DNA of 64,000 nt from Protoeuglena noctilucae (lineage: Eukaryota), in contig OY253670.1 in assembly GCA_958009085.1 (NCBI GenBank), positions 992,001 through 1,056,000 on the forward strand, written 5' to 3'. Position 1 is the first letter of the stretch. Every line of letters starts with the position of its first letter. Positions 1 to 11,700 of this stretch are shown here, in pieces. The position numbers were made by a program, and so were the translations under genes. A model generated the notes under the pieces. The model did not search any database. It was given only the letters and a program-made list of their open reading frames with translations, and had not been told where the DNA came from.

Positions 1-116
1 GGATTGGCACCACGTTCCGCTTCACAAACGCGCTGTGAGGATTTCTTGAGTTTTTGCGCAAAGTGCTTCCAGTCACGAGCGCGACACCGCGAGCTTGGGC
101 ACGGGGAGACGTCCCG

Positions 117-3100
117 ATGATCGGGGCGAGGGACCTTGGACGCGTCGGCGCCAGCCCGTCGGCCCTCGCCTCGCCCGTCGGCCTGCCCGCCTGGGCAGCA
201 GCACCCCTGCGCTGCCTGCCGGGCACAGCGCCCCGGCGATCGCGTGGGACGATGGGTACGCAGCGTAGGAAGTTGACGATACAGAAAGCCACTCCGAGTG
301 CGCCGGGATCGGGGTACACGACCAGGGCGGAGGACTTCACCCAGGTGAGGGCCCAGGAGCCCTTCCTCGCTTCGTGCTGGCCCGGACGTTACCTGGCCCC
401 ACCCCTTGCACTGTCCCGATCTCAACGATGCTGGCCCGCGCGGCCAAGCGCGCCGCCAACGCCCACCCGCGCGGGTCGTTCGCTGGTGTCCAGGAGCTCG
501 CGGCTGAGGAGTCCGAGGCCGAGCGCCTGGAATCGGAGGCCCGGCAGATCCTCGCCGATCTGGCAGTGGCAGAGGAGACGGTGGAGAAGCTCGGATCCGA
601 GCTGGACGCCCTCTTCGCCGCGGTGTTGGGAGAAACGAGTCTGGAGGGCACGGGCCTCGACGGGGACGCGCCGGGCCCGGCGTTCGCCGGAATCACCGAA
701 GCGATGTTTACAAGTTTGGCGAGGGATCGCGCCCCTGACGCAGAGGCGCTCCTGAGGCTGTCGGAGGAGCGCGTGGGGCCGGCGCAGTGGCGGACCTTCC
801 AAGTGAGGCACCCGCCGCGCCCTCCGTGCACGCGGCCGCCCGGCAGTCGGTCCTCCATCTCTTTTTCGACGACGCTCTTTCATCGCAGGCACAGACGCAG
901 GACATCAAGCTCAGGAAAACCAGGGCGGAGCAGGAGGTGGCGTCGCTCCGCGGCCGCCTGGCCGACCTCAGGTGCGATGCCTGGCCGGGGCCGTCAGAGG
1001 TGACAGAGCAACCGTTTTGCACTGGAGACGTTGGCAGCTTGCGCGTCTCACCCTGTCTGCAGGCGCGCGCAGTCGGCACAGGCAGCCACGTCATCCGCAA
1101 GAGAGAGGGCCGAAGGGGCCGGGGCCGCTTCCACCGCCACGCTGGCCCCTCGTGTCGGGGACCGCGTCCGCATCGTGATGATCACGGGCTTCGAGTCGTT
1201 CAACAACGGCCTCTACCAAGACGTGGCTCGCCAGCTCTCCCTCGTCTGCCCCCAGGCAGAGCTCCTGGTCTTCAGTGACCGCGGTGAGGCCCGCAACTCA
1301 GGACGCACCACCGCTTGCTCCCTCACCGCTCCCTCACTGCTTGGCCCACTCCACTCCGCACCCTTACCCTGCAGACATCAAGGGCAGGCCGGATGCGCTG
1401 GAGCGTGCGCTGGCCAAAGCCGACGTCTTCTTCGCGTCCCTCGTCTTTGACTTTGACGAGGTCGAGTGGCTGAGGGCCCGCGTCCAGCGTGTCCCCCTGC
1501 GCTTCTGTTTCGAGAGCGCGCTGGAGCTGATGCAGGTCACGCAGGTCGGGAGCTTCGCCATGGGCGCGCCCGACCCCGGCAAGCGTAGCGGGCCGCCTCC
1601 GATCGTACGGAAGGTCCTCGGCCTCTTCGGATCCCAGGCGAGGCGGCGGGGCGATCGATCTTTATAGTAGCGGAACGCCAAGGCTTGGTTGAGAACGAAG
1701 TTGATTGAGGTTGATGAGACAGGGACCCCATGGTGACAGCGCAGCACGTTGTTGCTGCCGGCAAGCCGATGCAAACTGCCCCCTTCGCGTTGCAGAGGGA
1801 GGAGGACAAGCTCGTCGGGTACCTGTCTTTCCTCAAGATCGGCCCCAAGCTCCTCCGCTTCATCCCTGGCGGCAAGGCTCGGGACTTGCGCAACTGGTTG
1901 CAGGTGTGGCTACGGGCACGCGCGCGAGTGGTCATTGACACCAAGTGACCCAGACGGTCATGTTGACGACGTTGAATGGCTTTCCACACGCAGGTGTACG
2001 CCTACTGGAACCAGGGGGGCTCGCAGAACGTGCTGTCGATGGCGCTGTACCTCCTGCAGGAGTACTTTGGGATGCAGGGGGCCAAGCCCACCGCCGTCGT
2101 CGAGACGCCCGCGGTCGGATGCCTCCACCCCGACCACGAGGGGTACTTCCAGGTGACCGGACAGCCAGCGGCTGTTGAATTGTTAGTAGTCACTGTGTCT
2201 GGTGTCTTACCAAGCAGCCTGCGATGCAGGCGTGGGAGTGGAGGTGAACAAATTTACGAACACCCTCACACAGTGTCATCGACTCTGACTTCGCCGCAGA
2301 GTCCCCTCGAATACATGACGTGGTACCGTCGGGAGGGTCCCTTGCGCCACAACCGCGATGCGCCAGTCGCCGCCGTGCTGCTCTACCGCAAGCACGTCAT
2401 CACCGAGCAGCCGTACATCCGCCAGCTCATCCGCGGTGAGACACACTGCGCCGATGGCCACCCGCCTCGCAACCGCCGCCCCACCCGTGCCACCACTGCC
2501 ACCCACCCTCCTCGCCCCGTCTCGCCGCAGCGATGGAGGAGAATGGGATTGTGCCGGTCCCCGTCTTCATCAACGGCGTTGAGGCGCACACGGTGGTGCG
2601 AGACCTCCTCACCACGGAGCACGAGCAGCAGGGCATACAGGCCGGGACTGTGCCACGCAACCCCACGGTCCGGTGAGGCACAAGCGGCTGCACGGTTTCG
2701 TTTGGGCATCACCTGCAATCCTAGTGACTAATCAACTTTTGACGCTGTGCCGCAGACGAGACGCTATCAAGGTGGACGCGGTCGTGAGCACCATTGGCTT
2801 CCCACTTGTGGGGGGGCCTGCCGGGGCACCCCTTGAGGGAGGGCGGCAGTCTGAGGTGGCGAAGGAGATCCTCGCAGCAAAGAACGTGCCGTACTTCGTC
2901 GCTGCCCCTCTGCTCATCCAGGCGAGTCAGCAGCAAGAAGCGGCCACGTTTGGCCAACCTCGTACACTGCACCTAACCCAGCCTTACACCCGCTTCGGTG
3001 GCACCTCGACCCTCGTGCCACCCGTGCCCGCCCCCAGGACATGCGCTCGTGGGCCCGTGACGGCGTTGCTGGCCTTCAGAGTGTGGTCCTGTACGCCCTC

Positions 3101-6100
3101 CCTGAGTTGGACGGGGCGATCGACACTGTCCCTATCGGGGGCCTCCTCGGCAACAACATCTTCCTCAGCCCCGAGCGCGTCGGCCGCCTCTGCGCGCGCA
3201 TCCGCAACTGGGTCTCTCTGCGCCGCAAGGGCCCCGCTGACCGCCGCGTCGCGATGCTGCTCTACGGCTTCCCGCCGGGCGTGGGCGCCGTGGGCACTGC
3301 CGCGCTGCTCAATGTCCCCGAGAGCCTGGAACGCGTCCTCGCGGCCCTGCGCGACGAGGGGTACGACCTGGGAGGGCTGGGCGGGGACCTGGCGGGGGTC
3401 GGGGAGCACATCGTGGCTGCGCTGCGGGCCCAGGTGAGGCGCTGCCGGCCCACAGGTGGCACCTTGCCGTGCTCGATGCGAGGGTAATGACCGAGGTCGG
3501 GTTGAGATTGCGGGCCTGTGTTTGGGCGTCCCGCGCAGATGGAGGCGCGGGCGGTGAATGCGGGAAAGGAGGCGGTCGAGGCGGCGGGGGCGGCGGCGGC
3601 GGGCGAGGGCGTCCGCTGCGTGTGCCGGGAGGTGTCTGCCAAGGAGCTCCGCGCGATGCTGTCCTTCCCGGCCGATTGGGGTCCCGACCAGTGGGGCCCG
3701 CTGCCCTACCTCCCTGACAGCGACGTGCTCGTTCGGCGGATGGAGCGCCAGTGGGGCGACCTGGACAAGTACCGTGGCATCATGACCACGGCGCGTGGGA
3801 CGCTCGTGGTGGCGGGCGTGCAGATCGGCAATGTGTTCATAGGGGTGCAGCCGCTCCTGGGCATTGAGGGCGACCCCATGAGGCTGCTGTTCGAGCGGGA
3901 CCTCACCCCGCACCCCCAGTACGCCGCGTTCTACCGGTGAGCTGCGAGGGACGCAACCTGACAGACTGGCGAGGGTCATGTGGTTGTGATGTGCAGCTAC
4001 TCGAGCGTTGCTCAGCTGCACCCACACTGCACCCGACTGCACCCACCAAAGCTGACATCCCTCAGCCAGCCATCCCGTTCGGCTCTCGTGCAGGTGGCTG
4101 GAGCAGGAGTGCCGCGCGGACTGCCTGGTTCACTTCGGGATGCACGGCACGGTCGAGTGGCTGCCGGGGTCGCCCTTAGGCAACACGGGACTCTCGTGGT
4201 CGGACGTGCTGATGGGATCCCTGCCCAACGCCTACGTCTACGCGTGCAACAACCCGTCCGAGTCGATCGTGGCCAAGAGGCGCGGCTACGGGACGATCGT
4301 GTCCCACAACGTGCCGCCTTACGGGCGCGCGGGGCTCTACAAGCAACTCGGAGAGCTCCGAAGCCTTCTTCAGGAGTTCAGGGAGAACCCCACACGGGGC
4401 GACGTGCTGAGGCGAGGGGCGGGAGGAGCTTGGTTGCAGCGGTGCTCCGGGGCGGTGACTTTACTTTGTGCTGTCGGTCTTTCTGTCTCTGTGCTGTTCA
4501 TCGTCCTGTGGGGTCTTTCCGAGGCACCATCGCTTGTTCTCGTCTCCCATGCCGACCGGCGATGCTTGGATGCTCCCGCAGGCAGCCCATCGCCCAGCAG
4601 CTGCAGCAGGCGGGCCTGGCGTCTGACGTGCCGTTCCGCAACTCTGATGGGGACCCCATGGACCTCACCGTCGATAACGTGGGAGAGATATCCGACGAGG
4701 CATTCGAGGCATACGTGGCGGAGGTCTACGCCTACCTCCAAGTCGGTGCGTGCTTGTTTATGAGCGCTGTCAATGCATTGCCGATTGTAATGCGCAGGTG
4801 CTTGTCGATAAGCACTCTCGACGCATTGCCAGGCTTGGTACTTTGCCGCCCCCGTGGTCGCATCTCGTGTTCGTATCACTAACAATTCAACCCGCCTGCT
4901 TCCCTCCCGTGGCTCTCAGTGGAGAATCGCCTCTTTTCCGAGGGTCTGCACGTTCTCGGCCGTGCACCCTCGCCTCCCCAAATGCGCCAGTACCTGGATG
5001 CGTACTTTAGTGGGTCGCTCCCGGACGCGGTGATCGACGCCGTCGCCGACCCGCCGGACCTCGAGGCCGCCAGGGCCATGCTGGAGCGGTGCTGGGCCGA
5101 GGAGCCTGGCTTGCGGTTTCGCAAGGCCGGGGCCACGGGCAACGGTGCCGGGGACCAGGCGGGGGTTTCCGTGGAGGAGCGGGCCAAGGAGGCCCTGGAG
5201 ATCAGGTGTGAGGGTTATTTCTTCAGTTGTGAAAGTGGATTGCGCGAAGTCTTTCGTGTCGTATGTACCTCGTGGCTGGTTGGCTCTGGTGGCGCTGCGG
5301 GGCAGAGAGAGGCGCAGCGAGCCACCCGTTGCAGTCTGGCGAAGCCCTGACGGTCTTTGGTCGTCCCATAAACAGGTCTTTGCTGGAGCGGAACAGCGAG
5401 GAGATCGCCGGGCTGCTGCGTGCTTTGCGCGGGGAGTGGGTGCCTCCCGAGGCTGGGGGTGACCTGCTGAGGGACGGGGCGGGGGTGCTGCCTACGGGGC
5501 GCAACATCCACGCGCTTGACCCGTACCGGTGAGAACATGGGTGGGTTGGAGATAATCGCACAGGGCATGTGCGGGCTGACAGCACGCGAGGGGAGTGCTT
5601 GGGAGTACATGTCATGTGGTAAGCGCGGTGTAGCGGTGGAAGCTTTTGCACTTGATCGTATTCGCTTCTCGTCTCGTGTGCCTCCAGGATGCCATCCAAG
5701 GCTGCGTTTGAGCGGGGTGCGCAGATCAGGGCGGCCATTCTGGCGCAGCATGACACGCCGCCTGAGACGGTGGCGGTGAACCTGTGGGGCCTGGACGCGA
5801 TCAAGACGAAGGGGGAGTCGGTGGGGATCGTTCTGCACCTCGTGGGGGCCAGGCCGGTGCAGGAGAGCACGGGGCGCGTGGCGAGGTGAGGGAGTGGGGA
5901 TGGTCGCCCGCTTGGTTGATACCACAGTGAGGGGTGTGCACGAACCTTGCTTAGGTCCCGTGCACGTGATGCGATGCTTGATGCTTGCGTGGAATGATCT
6001 GTGTTACCCTGCAGCCCGCCCCTCTCTGCTGAGGTGGTAACGGCCGCTCGCCCTTGCGTGCAGGTACGAGCTCATCCCCCTGGAGGAGCTCGGCAGGCCA

Positions 6101-8124
6101 CGGGTGGACGTGCTATGTAACATGTCCGGCATCTTCAGGCGCGTATCATGCATTCGAGTGTATGCTAGAGTGGCATCGGACAGGGGCAGCGCTGGACCTG
6201 CATGCATGCGGTCACAGGGACCAGGATGAGGACAATCATTATTGAGTTGTCTTCGCTGATCGCAGGGACAGCTTCCAGAACGTCGTGGAGTTGTTGGACG
6301 ACATGTTCCAGCGCGCGGCGTCTGCGGACGAGCCGATCGAGATGAACTTCATTAAGAAGCACGCGATGGAGATGGGGGCCAAGGGACTCAAGAACACGGC
6401 TGCACGGCTCTTCTCCAACCCGGCGGGGGACTACGGTGAGCGACAGTCGGGGTGGGATGGATTTGAGGTGTGGTGGCGGGCATGAGCGATGGCTGGGGTG
6501 TGATCAGGTCGGGATGATGATGAGCGACGGCTGATGGCAGTATCAGAGACGAGCAATGAATTAACAACGCATTCCTCGCATTCGCTTGTCACCCCAGGGA
6601 GCATGGTCAATGAGCGAGTGGGGTCCAGTGACTGGTCGGACGGTGGGGAACTGGGCGAGACGTGGGCCAGCCGCAATGCCTTCAGCTACGGACGAGGCGG
6701 GGAGAAGGGCACCGCGCGGCCCGAGGTGCGTGGCTTGGGATGAGGCGGGCGGGGATGCCTGATGATGACAGCGACAGTGGCCGCGTGGCAGTGGCTGGCT
6801 GTCGCTTTGTCATCTTGGCACCCAGGCATTCCTCCAAGCAAGATGCGGAAGTATGCATGGCTGCCATCATCACGCTGATACAATCACAACTGCGCCTGTT
6901 GTTATACATGGTCATGGAATAGACAGCGCTCGATGCACCGCAGGTGCTGCGTGCCTTGCTGGGCACCACGGAGCGCGTGGTGCAGGAGATCGACAGCGTG
7001 GAGTACGGACTGACGGACATCCAGGAGTACTACGCGAACACGGGGGCGCTCAAGAGGGCCGCTGAGAACGCGCGGCCGGGGAAGGGCGTGCAGTGTTCTG
7101 GTGAGACGGCCATGCTGGGTGGGATCGTCTTAGGAAACTGAAGGCGTGTCGAGAGGCGTTGAGTGCCTGAATGAGCTGCTGGTCTTCCGAATCTCCCCGT
7201 CCACTCACACTTTGCTGTCATCCACACGCAGTGGTCGAGTCCTTCGGCAAGGACGTGCGCCCGCGGGACCTGGAGGAGGTGCTGCGGTTGGAGTATCGGT
7301 CCAAGTTCCTCAACCCCAAGTGGGCGCAGGCCATGGCCAGCCAGGGGTCGGGGGGCGCGTACGAGATCTCCCAAAGGTGACGGTTCAGGCTGGGTAGAGA
7401 GAGAAAGACTAAGGGTTGGCCGGTGCGTGCGCCTGAGCCTTGGCGGTGCGGCCGCGGCAGCGAGGTTTGATAAGAGGGTGCCATGGAGGCTCAGCCGTCA
7501 TTCGTCGCTTGTTCACGATCCCTCAACACAGATATATAGAAGCATGACACACATGTAACACTGGGTCCGGCCTCGCCCGCACCTGTGCAGGATGACGGCG
7601 CTGCTGGGATGGGGCGCCACCACGGAGTTCAAGGAGAACTGGGTGTGGGACCAGGCGGCGGAGACGTACGCGTTAGACGAGGAGATGCGGGAGAGGCTGC
7701 GGAAGGCCAACCCAGAGGCGTTCGCCAACGTGCTCAGGTGCGTGGGTGGCACAAGCACAACACATGGGGTGTCTATTCTGGCTAAGCCACTGTCCATGTT
7801 GGCAGGGGCTATCTCAGTCAGTCAGTCAGTCACGGGCCGGGCCGTGCGACCAAAGGCGGAGCTTGGATCGTGGGCGGTTGCTGCGTCAATGAGGCTTAGC
7901 CGCTGCGACTGTGCGCCTCTGAGTGATGTTGTCCCATTGCCGACGCTGCATGCAGGCGGATGCTGGAGGCGGCCGGCCGGGGCATGTGGCAGGCGGATCC
8001 CGACACCCTCGATCGTCTGCGTGAGCTCTACTCTGAAATGGATGATGAGCTGGAGGGCGTGGTGGTGGCACCCGCCTCTTCCTCCGCCTCTGCACCTGCG
8101 CCCGCTGCTGCCAAGAAAGCCTAA
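117..8124 (+). CDS. CHLH2: Magnesium chelatase subunit H, CHLH2/cyanobacterial second-BchH type, plastid-targeted, ~24 exons
   Basis: Spliced exons give RIVMITGFESFN, REEDKLVGYLSFLKIGPKLL, DAVVSTIGFPLVGGPAG, HFGMHGTVEWLPG, YVYACNNPSESIVAKRRG, VLPTGRNIHALDPYR, SVEYGLTDIQEYYANTG and RRMLEAAGRGMW, all CobN/ChlH motifs. Exon 1 (117-343) is Ala/Ser/Arg-rich like a transit peptide. TAA at 8122-8124. Confidence 0.93.
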
Positions 8125-8225
8125 GCTGCCAAGTGGGCCAAGGCTGCTGTCATGTAGGCCAAGGCTGCCGAGATGGTGCAGGCTGCCAAGTAGGCAAGGC
8201 TGCCGCCAAGTTGGCCCAGGCTGTA
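8107..8225 (+). repeat. Degenerate ~18-21 bp tandem repeat (GCTGCCAAGnnGGCCAAG) spanning the CHLH2 stop codon
   Basis: gctgccaagaaagcctaa / gctgccaagtgggccaag / gctgctgtcatgtaggccaag / gctgccgagatggtgcag / gctgccaagtaggcaag / gctgccgccaagttggcccag. Confidence 0.75.
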
Positions 8226-8705
8226 TGGGGACGCATGCGTGTCTGCCCATCTCGCTTCAAGCTCAGTTGCGCCCTGTTGGAATCAAGCAGTTCCTGTCAG
8301 CTGCACCTTGCTTCTGTCATGATGCGGTTTCCATTCGCTCAGCGAGCATCGTGGCTTGTTTGCTCTTCAAGGGCGTGGCTTGCTTGAAGCTCACGGCAAG
8401 AGGCGTGTCAAGCGGTCCGCAAGGGGTTAGGTGGAGAGGAGGGAGGGCGCAGGGAGACTCACTCTGCCTCGCGCAAATGCTCGCGAGGAGACGGCAAGGA
8501 TCGATCCGGAATGGGGCAGAGTGCAAACGAAAAAAGGGGAGACCTAGGAGGCACTGGCGCACCATGCTGGCGCAGCATCTCGTGCGTTCTAAACATGTAC
8601 CATCGCATGCTGACATGGAGAGCTACGCTTGCCAGGAAAAGAGGGGCGGCGGGTCTGCTGACCGGCCCACGAAATAGGGAGGGCGCAAGAGGGGTGGCCC
8701 TTGCA

Positions 8706-11700
8706 CTACGGGAAGACGACTTGGCCCCAGATGGGGTCGAAGTAGGGCTGAGGGCGGCATGTGGGGATGAACTGCCCTTCCTTGACCAGGTGGACCACGA
8801 TGGCGCCGCCGCCCATGCCCCTGCCGTTCTGAGAGGCCCAAAGCACCGACCCCGTCGTGGCGTCCATGATCTGGATGTCCAGCGTGTCCTGGCACGTAGG
8901 CTTGCCCGGCAACCCGTTGCCGCCCTGGCCCTTGGAGCCGCTGCTCTTGCCGTCGCCGTTGCCCTTGCCTTGGCTCTTCCCGTCGGGCTTGTTGGCGTCG
9001 CCGGACTGGCCGGGGGCCTGACCCTTGCCGGCCGGCGTGGCCGGAGGCGCCGGCGTCGCCTTGTCGCCGCCCTGGCTCTTCCCGTCGGGCTTGTTCTGGT
9101 CACCAGACTGACCAGGGGCGTCGTCCTTGCCATGGCCACCCTGGCTCTTCCCGTCGGGCTTGTTCTGATCACCGTCACCCTGGTCGCCACCCTGCCGCTG
9201 CCCGTCCTGGCCGTGCCCGTCGCCCTGCCTGTCACCCTGCCCGTCGCCCTGCCACTGCCAGTTCTGCCCCTGCTCATTGCCCTGCCCGTCGCCCTGCCCG
9301 TCGCCTGGCCACTTCCATTCCGTCCCCTGGCCGTCGCCCTGGTTGGCAAACTGCCACTGCCAGTCCTCGCCCTGCCCATCCTGGTTCCCATCCTGGTTGC
9401 TGTCGTCGTTCCTGTCGTTCGCTTCGTTCATGACGTCGAGAAGGCGCCGCTCGCCATTGGCGACGCCCGGGCCCACCACGCGGCACGAGTGGGCCGCGAC
9501 CGTGTACGTGACTTGCACCGGCGTCAGCTTGTGGTGCGCCTTGTCCAGCGAGAACAGGACCCCCTTGCCCGAGGCCGTCACGTCGGCCTCCGTCCCTGTC
9601 AGCGTGATGCACAGGGACTCTGTCGTCGTGGCTTGGGCCCGGAAGTCTCTCGGGACGTCGAGCGTCAGAGCGCCGCATGACTCTGCGCACAGAGGCAGTG
9701 GCGAAGGTGAGCTAAGAGGGCAGTGGAGAACACGCACACGCAACGAGGATGAACCACTGCCCTGGGCGGCATGGAGGCATGGTGCAGCACGGTGCTGCAT
9801 GGTGCATGGCCAGCCTCACCTGTGCCGCACTTGCTCGGTGGCCTCAGCATGAGGGAGAAGTGACCGGACGGCTTGCCGTTGTCCTGCACCCAGCCCCCGC
9901 CAGTGACCCAGCCCCTCACAGTGCTCCTGCAGGCGTGGTTGGGAAAGCTCCCTTTGAGATGCCGAAGCGCGGTTCTAGTCAGATGCTGTAAGACCTCGCA
10001 CCTTTGTTGGCACTCACCCGGTGCACTGCGAGCCCGGCGCCGGCGTCGAGCCAGCAGTGGGAGCCGGAGTGGAGGCGGTGGTGGGGGCGGGAGTGGAGGC
10101 AGTGGTGGGGGCCGGAGTCGCCGCCGTCGTGGGGGCCGGGGTTGCCGCGTCAGTAGGGGCCGGCGTGGCGGCGGTCGTGGGCGCCGGGGTTGCCACGTCA
10201 GTAGGGGCCGGCGTGGCGGCGGTCATGGGCGCCGGGGTTGCCGCGTCAGTAGGGGCCGGCGTGGCGGCGGTCGTGGGCGCCGGGGTTGCCGCGTCAGTAG
10301 GGGCCGGCGTGGCGGCGGTCGTGGGCGCCGGGGTTGCCGCGTCAGTAGGGGCCGGCGTGGCGGCGGTCGTGGGCGCCGGGGTTGCCGCGTCAGTAGGGGC
10401 CGGCGTGGCCGCCGTCGTGGGTGCTGGCGTGGCCGAGGTGGTCGGCGCCGGCGTGGCCGCCATCGTGGGCGCCGGGGTTGCCGCGTCAGTAGGGGCCGGC
10501 GTGGCGGCGGTGGTCGGGGCCGGCGTTGCCGCGGTCGTGGGTGCCGGCGTCGAGGCCGCGGTCGTCGGGGCGGGGGTGGAGGTCGCGGGGCAGTCCACTT
10601 GCACCGTCGTAGAGCAGTTGGTCTGCACCGTGCCCGCCGCCGTCGTCGTGGTGGCTGCCGTGACCTGGATGAGATAGGTCGAACCGCACTGGTCCACTGC
10701 GAGTGAAACAGAAGACGAACATGGATGTAACAAAGCCATCTCCCTGAGGTCTAGCTTGGGAGCAGACGGGAGACAGAGCAAGGAGCCATGAAAGCGCACC
10801 TGTGGGAGTCCAGACGAACTGAGACGCGAGGGGCGTGGCCCCCGACGTGGTGGTGAGGTAGGAGCCGGTCGGTAACGACGAAGACATGAGCTGCAGGACG
10901 CTCCCGGCCGTGGGCTGCGTCGTCGTGATGCCGATCGTGACGGGGTTGGACGCCGTCACCTCGACGAAGCTCGGGCTCATCGAGCACGTGGGAAGCGCCG
11001 TCAGCTGGACGATCTCGAGCACAAAGTCGTACGACACCTCCTGGATGTTGGGCGCCGTCGCAGTGGGCACCAACGAGATGACCGCCTGCAGACACGCAGA
11101 GCGTCGGTGCGTGGTCACCGGCAGGTGGGTGGCCATCCGTGGGTCATTGGTAGTCGTGGGGAGCATCATCTCTGCAGATTCTTGACCAATGCGCGTGGAC
11201 TGTGCCTTCAGGCAGCAGGCGCTGCGGCCATTGCGCTTGCAGCAGAGTCGGCGACAGTGCATCTGGGCCCCACCTGGACAGCGGTGCGGTTCCCGGCGAG
11301 CGAAGTGGCGTAGGAGGCATACGTGGGCCCCCAGGCGATGACGCAGCCGTCGCCCGCTGCCGTGGCGGCGATGGTGAAGGCGACCGGGGATCCATTCATC
11401 CCGTCCTCGTACGCGCGCGACGGGCGGCACGTGAACGCCTGGATGTTGCCCAGGGAGCTCTTGGGCAGGGTCACGGGGAGCGTGACCGTGGCGGAGGGGT
11501 CGTTACCGATCTGAAGAAGCCCTGGCGTGGAGGACATCTGCGGTGGGCAGAGTGTCGACAGCAGGTGAGAAGGTGTGACTACGAATGATGCAGGGCTTGC
11601 ACGGGCACCCTAGGAGGCGTGCGCCTCGCAGCTTGTCCCAGCGGTGAACTGACTCACGATGGACGTGCTGTACTCTGTGGTCCTGAAGTCCATGATCACG

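Noticed and set aside
8122..8195. TAA/TAG-to-Gln code reassignment suggested by coding-like sequence after the CHLH2 stop
   Set aside because: Other genes (both GNATs, CYP28) end at TAA/TAG at expected positions, and no conserved exon needs an internal TAR.
10035..10585. Regular repeat array considered as CRISPR
   Set aside because: No unique spacers, period is a multiple of 3, it is in-frame coding, and the context is eukaryotic.
8511..10706. Long plus-strand ORFs (8511-9680, 9873-10706, 10021-10677) with Val/Ala/Gly or Arg/Gly repeats
   Set aside because: They are antisense shadows of the repeat-rich minus-strand secreted gene. High GC suppresses stops, and the same applies to most overlapping ORFs in the track.
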